A DNA stretch of 64,000 nucleotides from Gammaproteobacteria bacterium (lineage in GTDB: Bacteria; Pseudomonadota; Gammaproteobacteria; Eutrophobiales; Eutrophobiaceae): the NCBI GenBank assembly GCA_965221695.1, contig OZ244905.1:448001-512000 (forward strand), in the 5' to 3' direction. A model generated the notes under the pieces. It had not been told where the DNA came from. It worked only from the letters and a program-made list of their open reading frames with translations, and did no database searches. Position 1 is the first letter of the stretch. Every line of letters begins with the position of its first letter. A program made the translations under genes and the position numbers. This document shows, in pieces, positions 63,985 to 64,000 of this stretch.

Positions 63985-64000
63985 TTAATTTAGGAACCTG

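Overview
Bacterial chromosomal window, about 55-60% GC by eye, with gammaproteobacterial core gene order: uvrC-pgsA-tRNAGly-tRNACys, tRNASer/yccA, ftsK-lolA-rarA-serS, ubiG-gph, ffh/ypjD/yfjD and gor. The core is interrupted by accessory catabolic modules. These are a urease operon coupled to pgsA, an orphan Rieske oxygenase, an MsmAB-like Rieske pair with a TRAP transporter and TonB receptor, and a lower-GC UbiD + hydantoinase A/B + TonB receptor island. There are also toxin-antitoxin genes and gene remnants. The least explained signals are non-coding. (i) A family of IS5-end-like miniature elements occurs at about 151, 86 and 27-30 bp, with TTAA/TTTA target duplications, self-palindromic ends, a covarying central hairpin and an IHF consensus; one 27-bp copy has its empty site preserved in a neighbouring repeat. 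(ii) A four-hairpin insert of about 71 bp interrupts the D-loop of a degenerate tandem copy of tRNA-Ser. (iii) Several REP-like palindrome families are present. No CRISPR array, rRNA, transposase or integrase gene was seen. All product calls are from motif recognition by eye; no searches were run.
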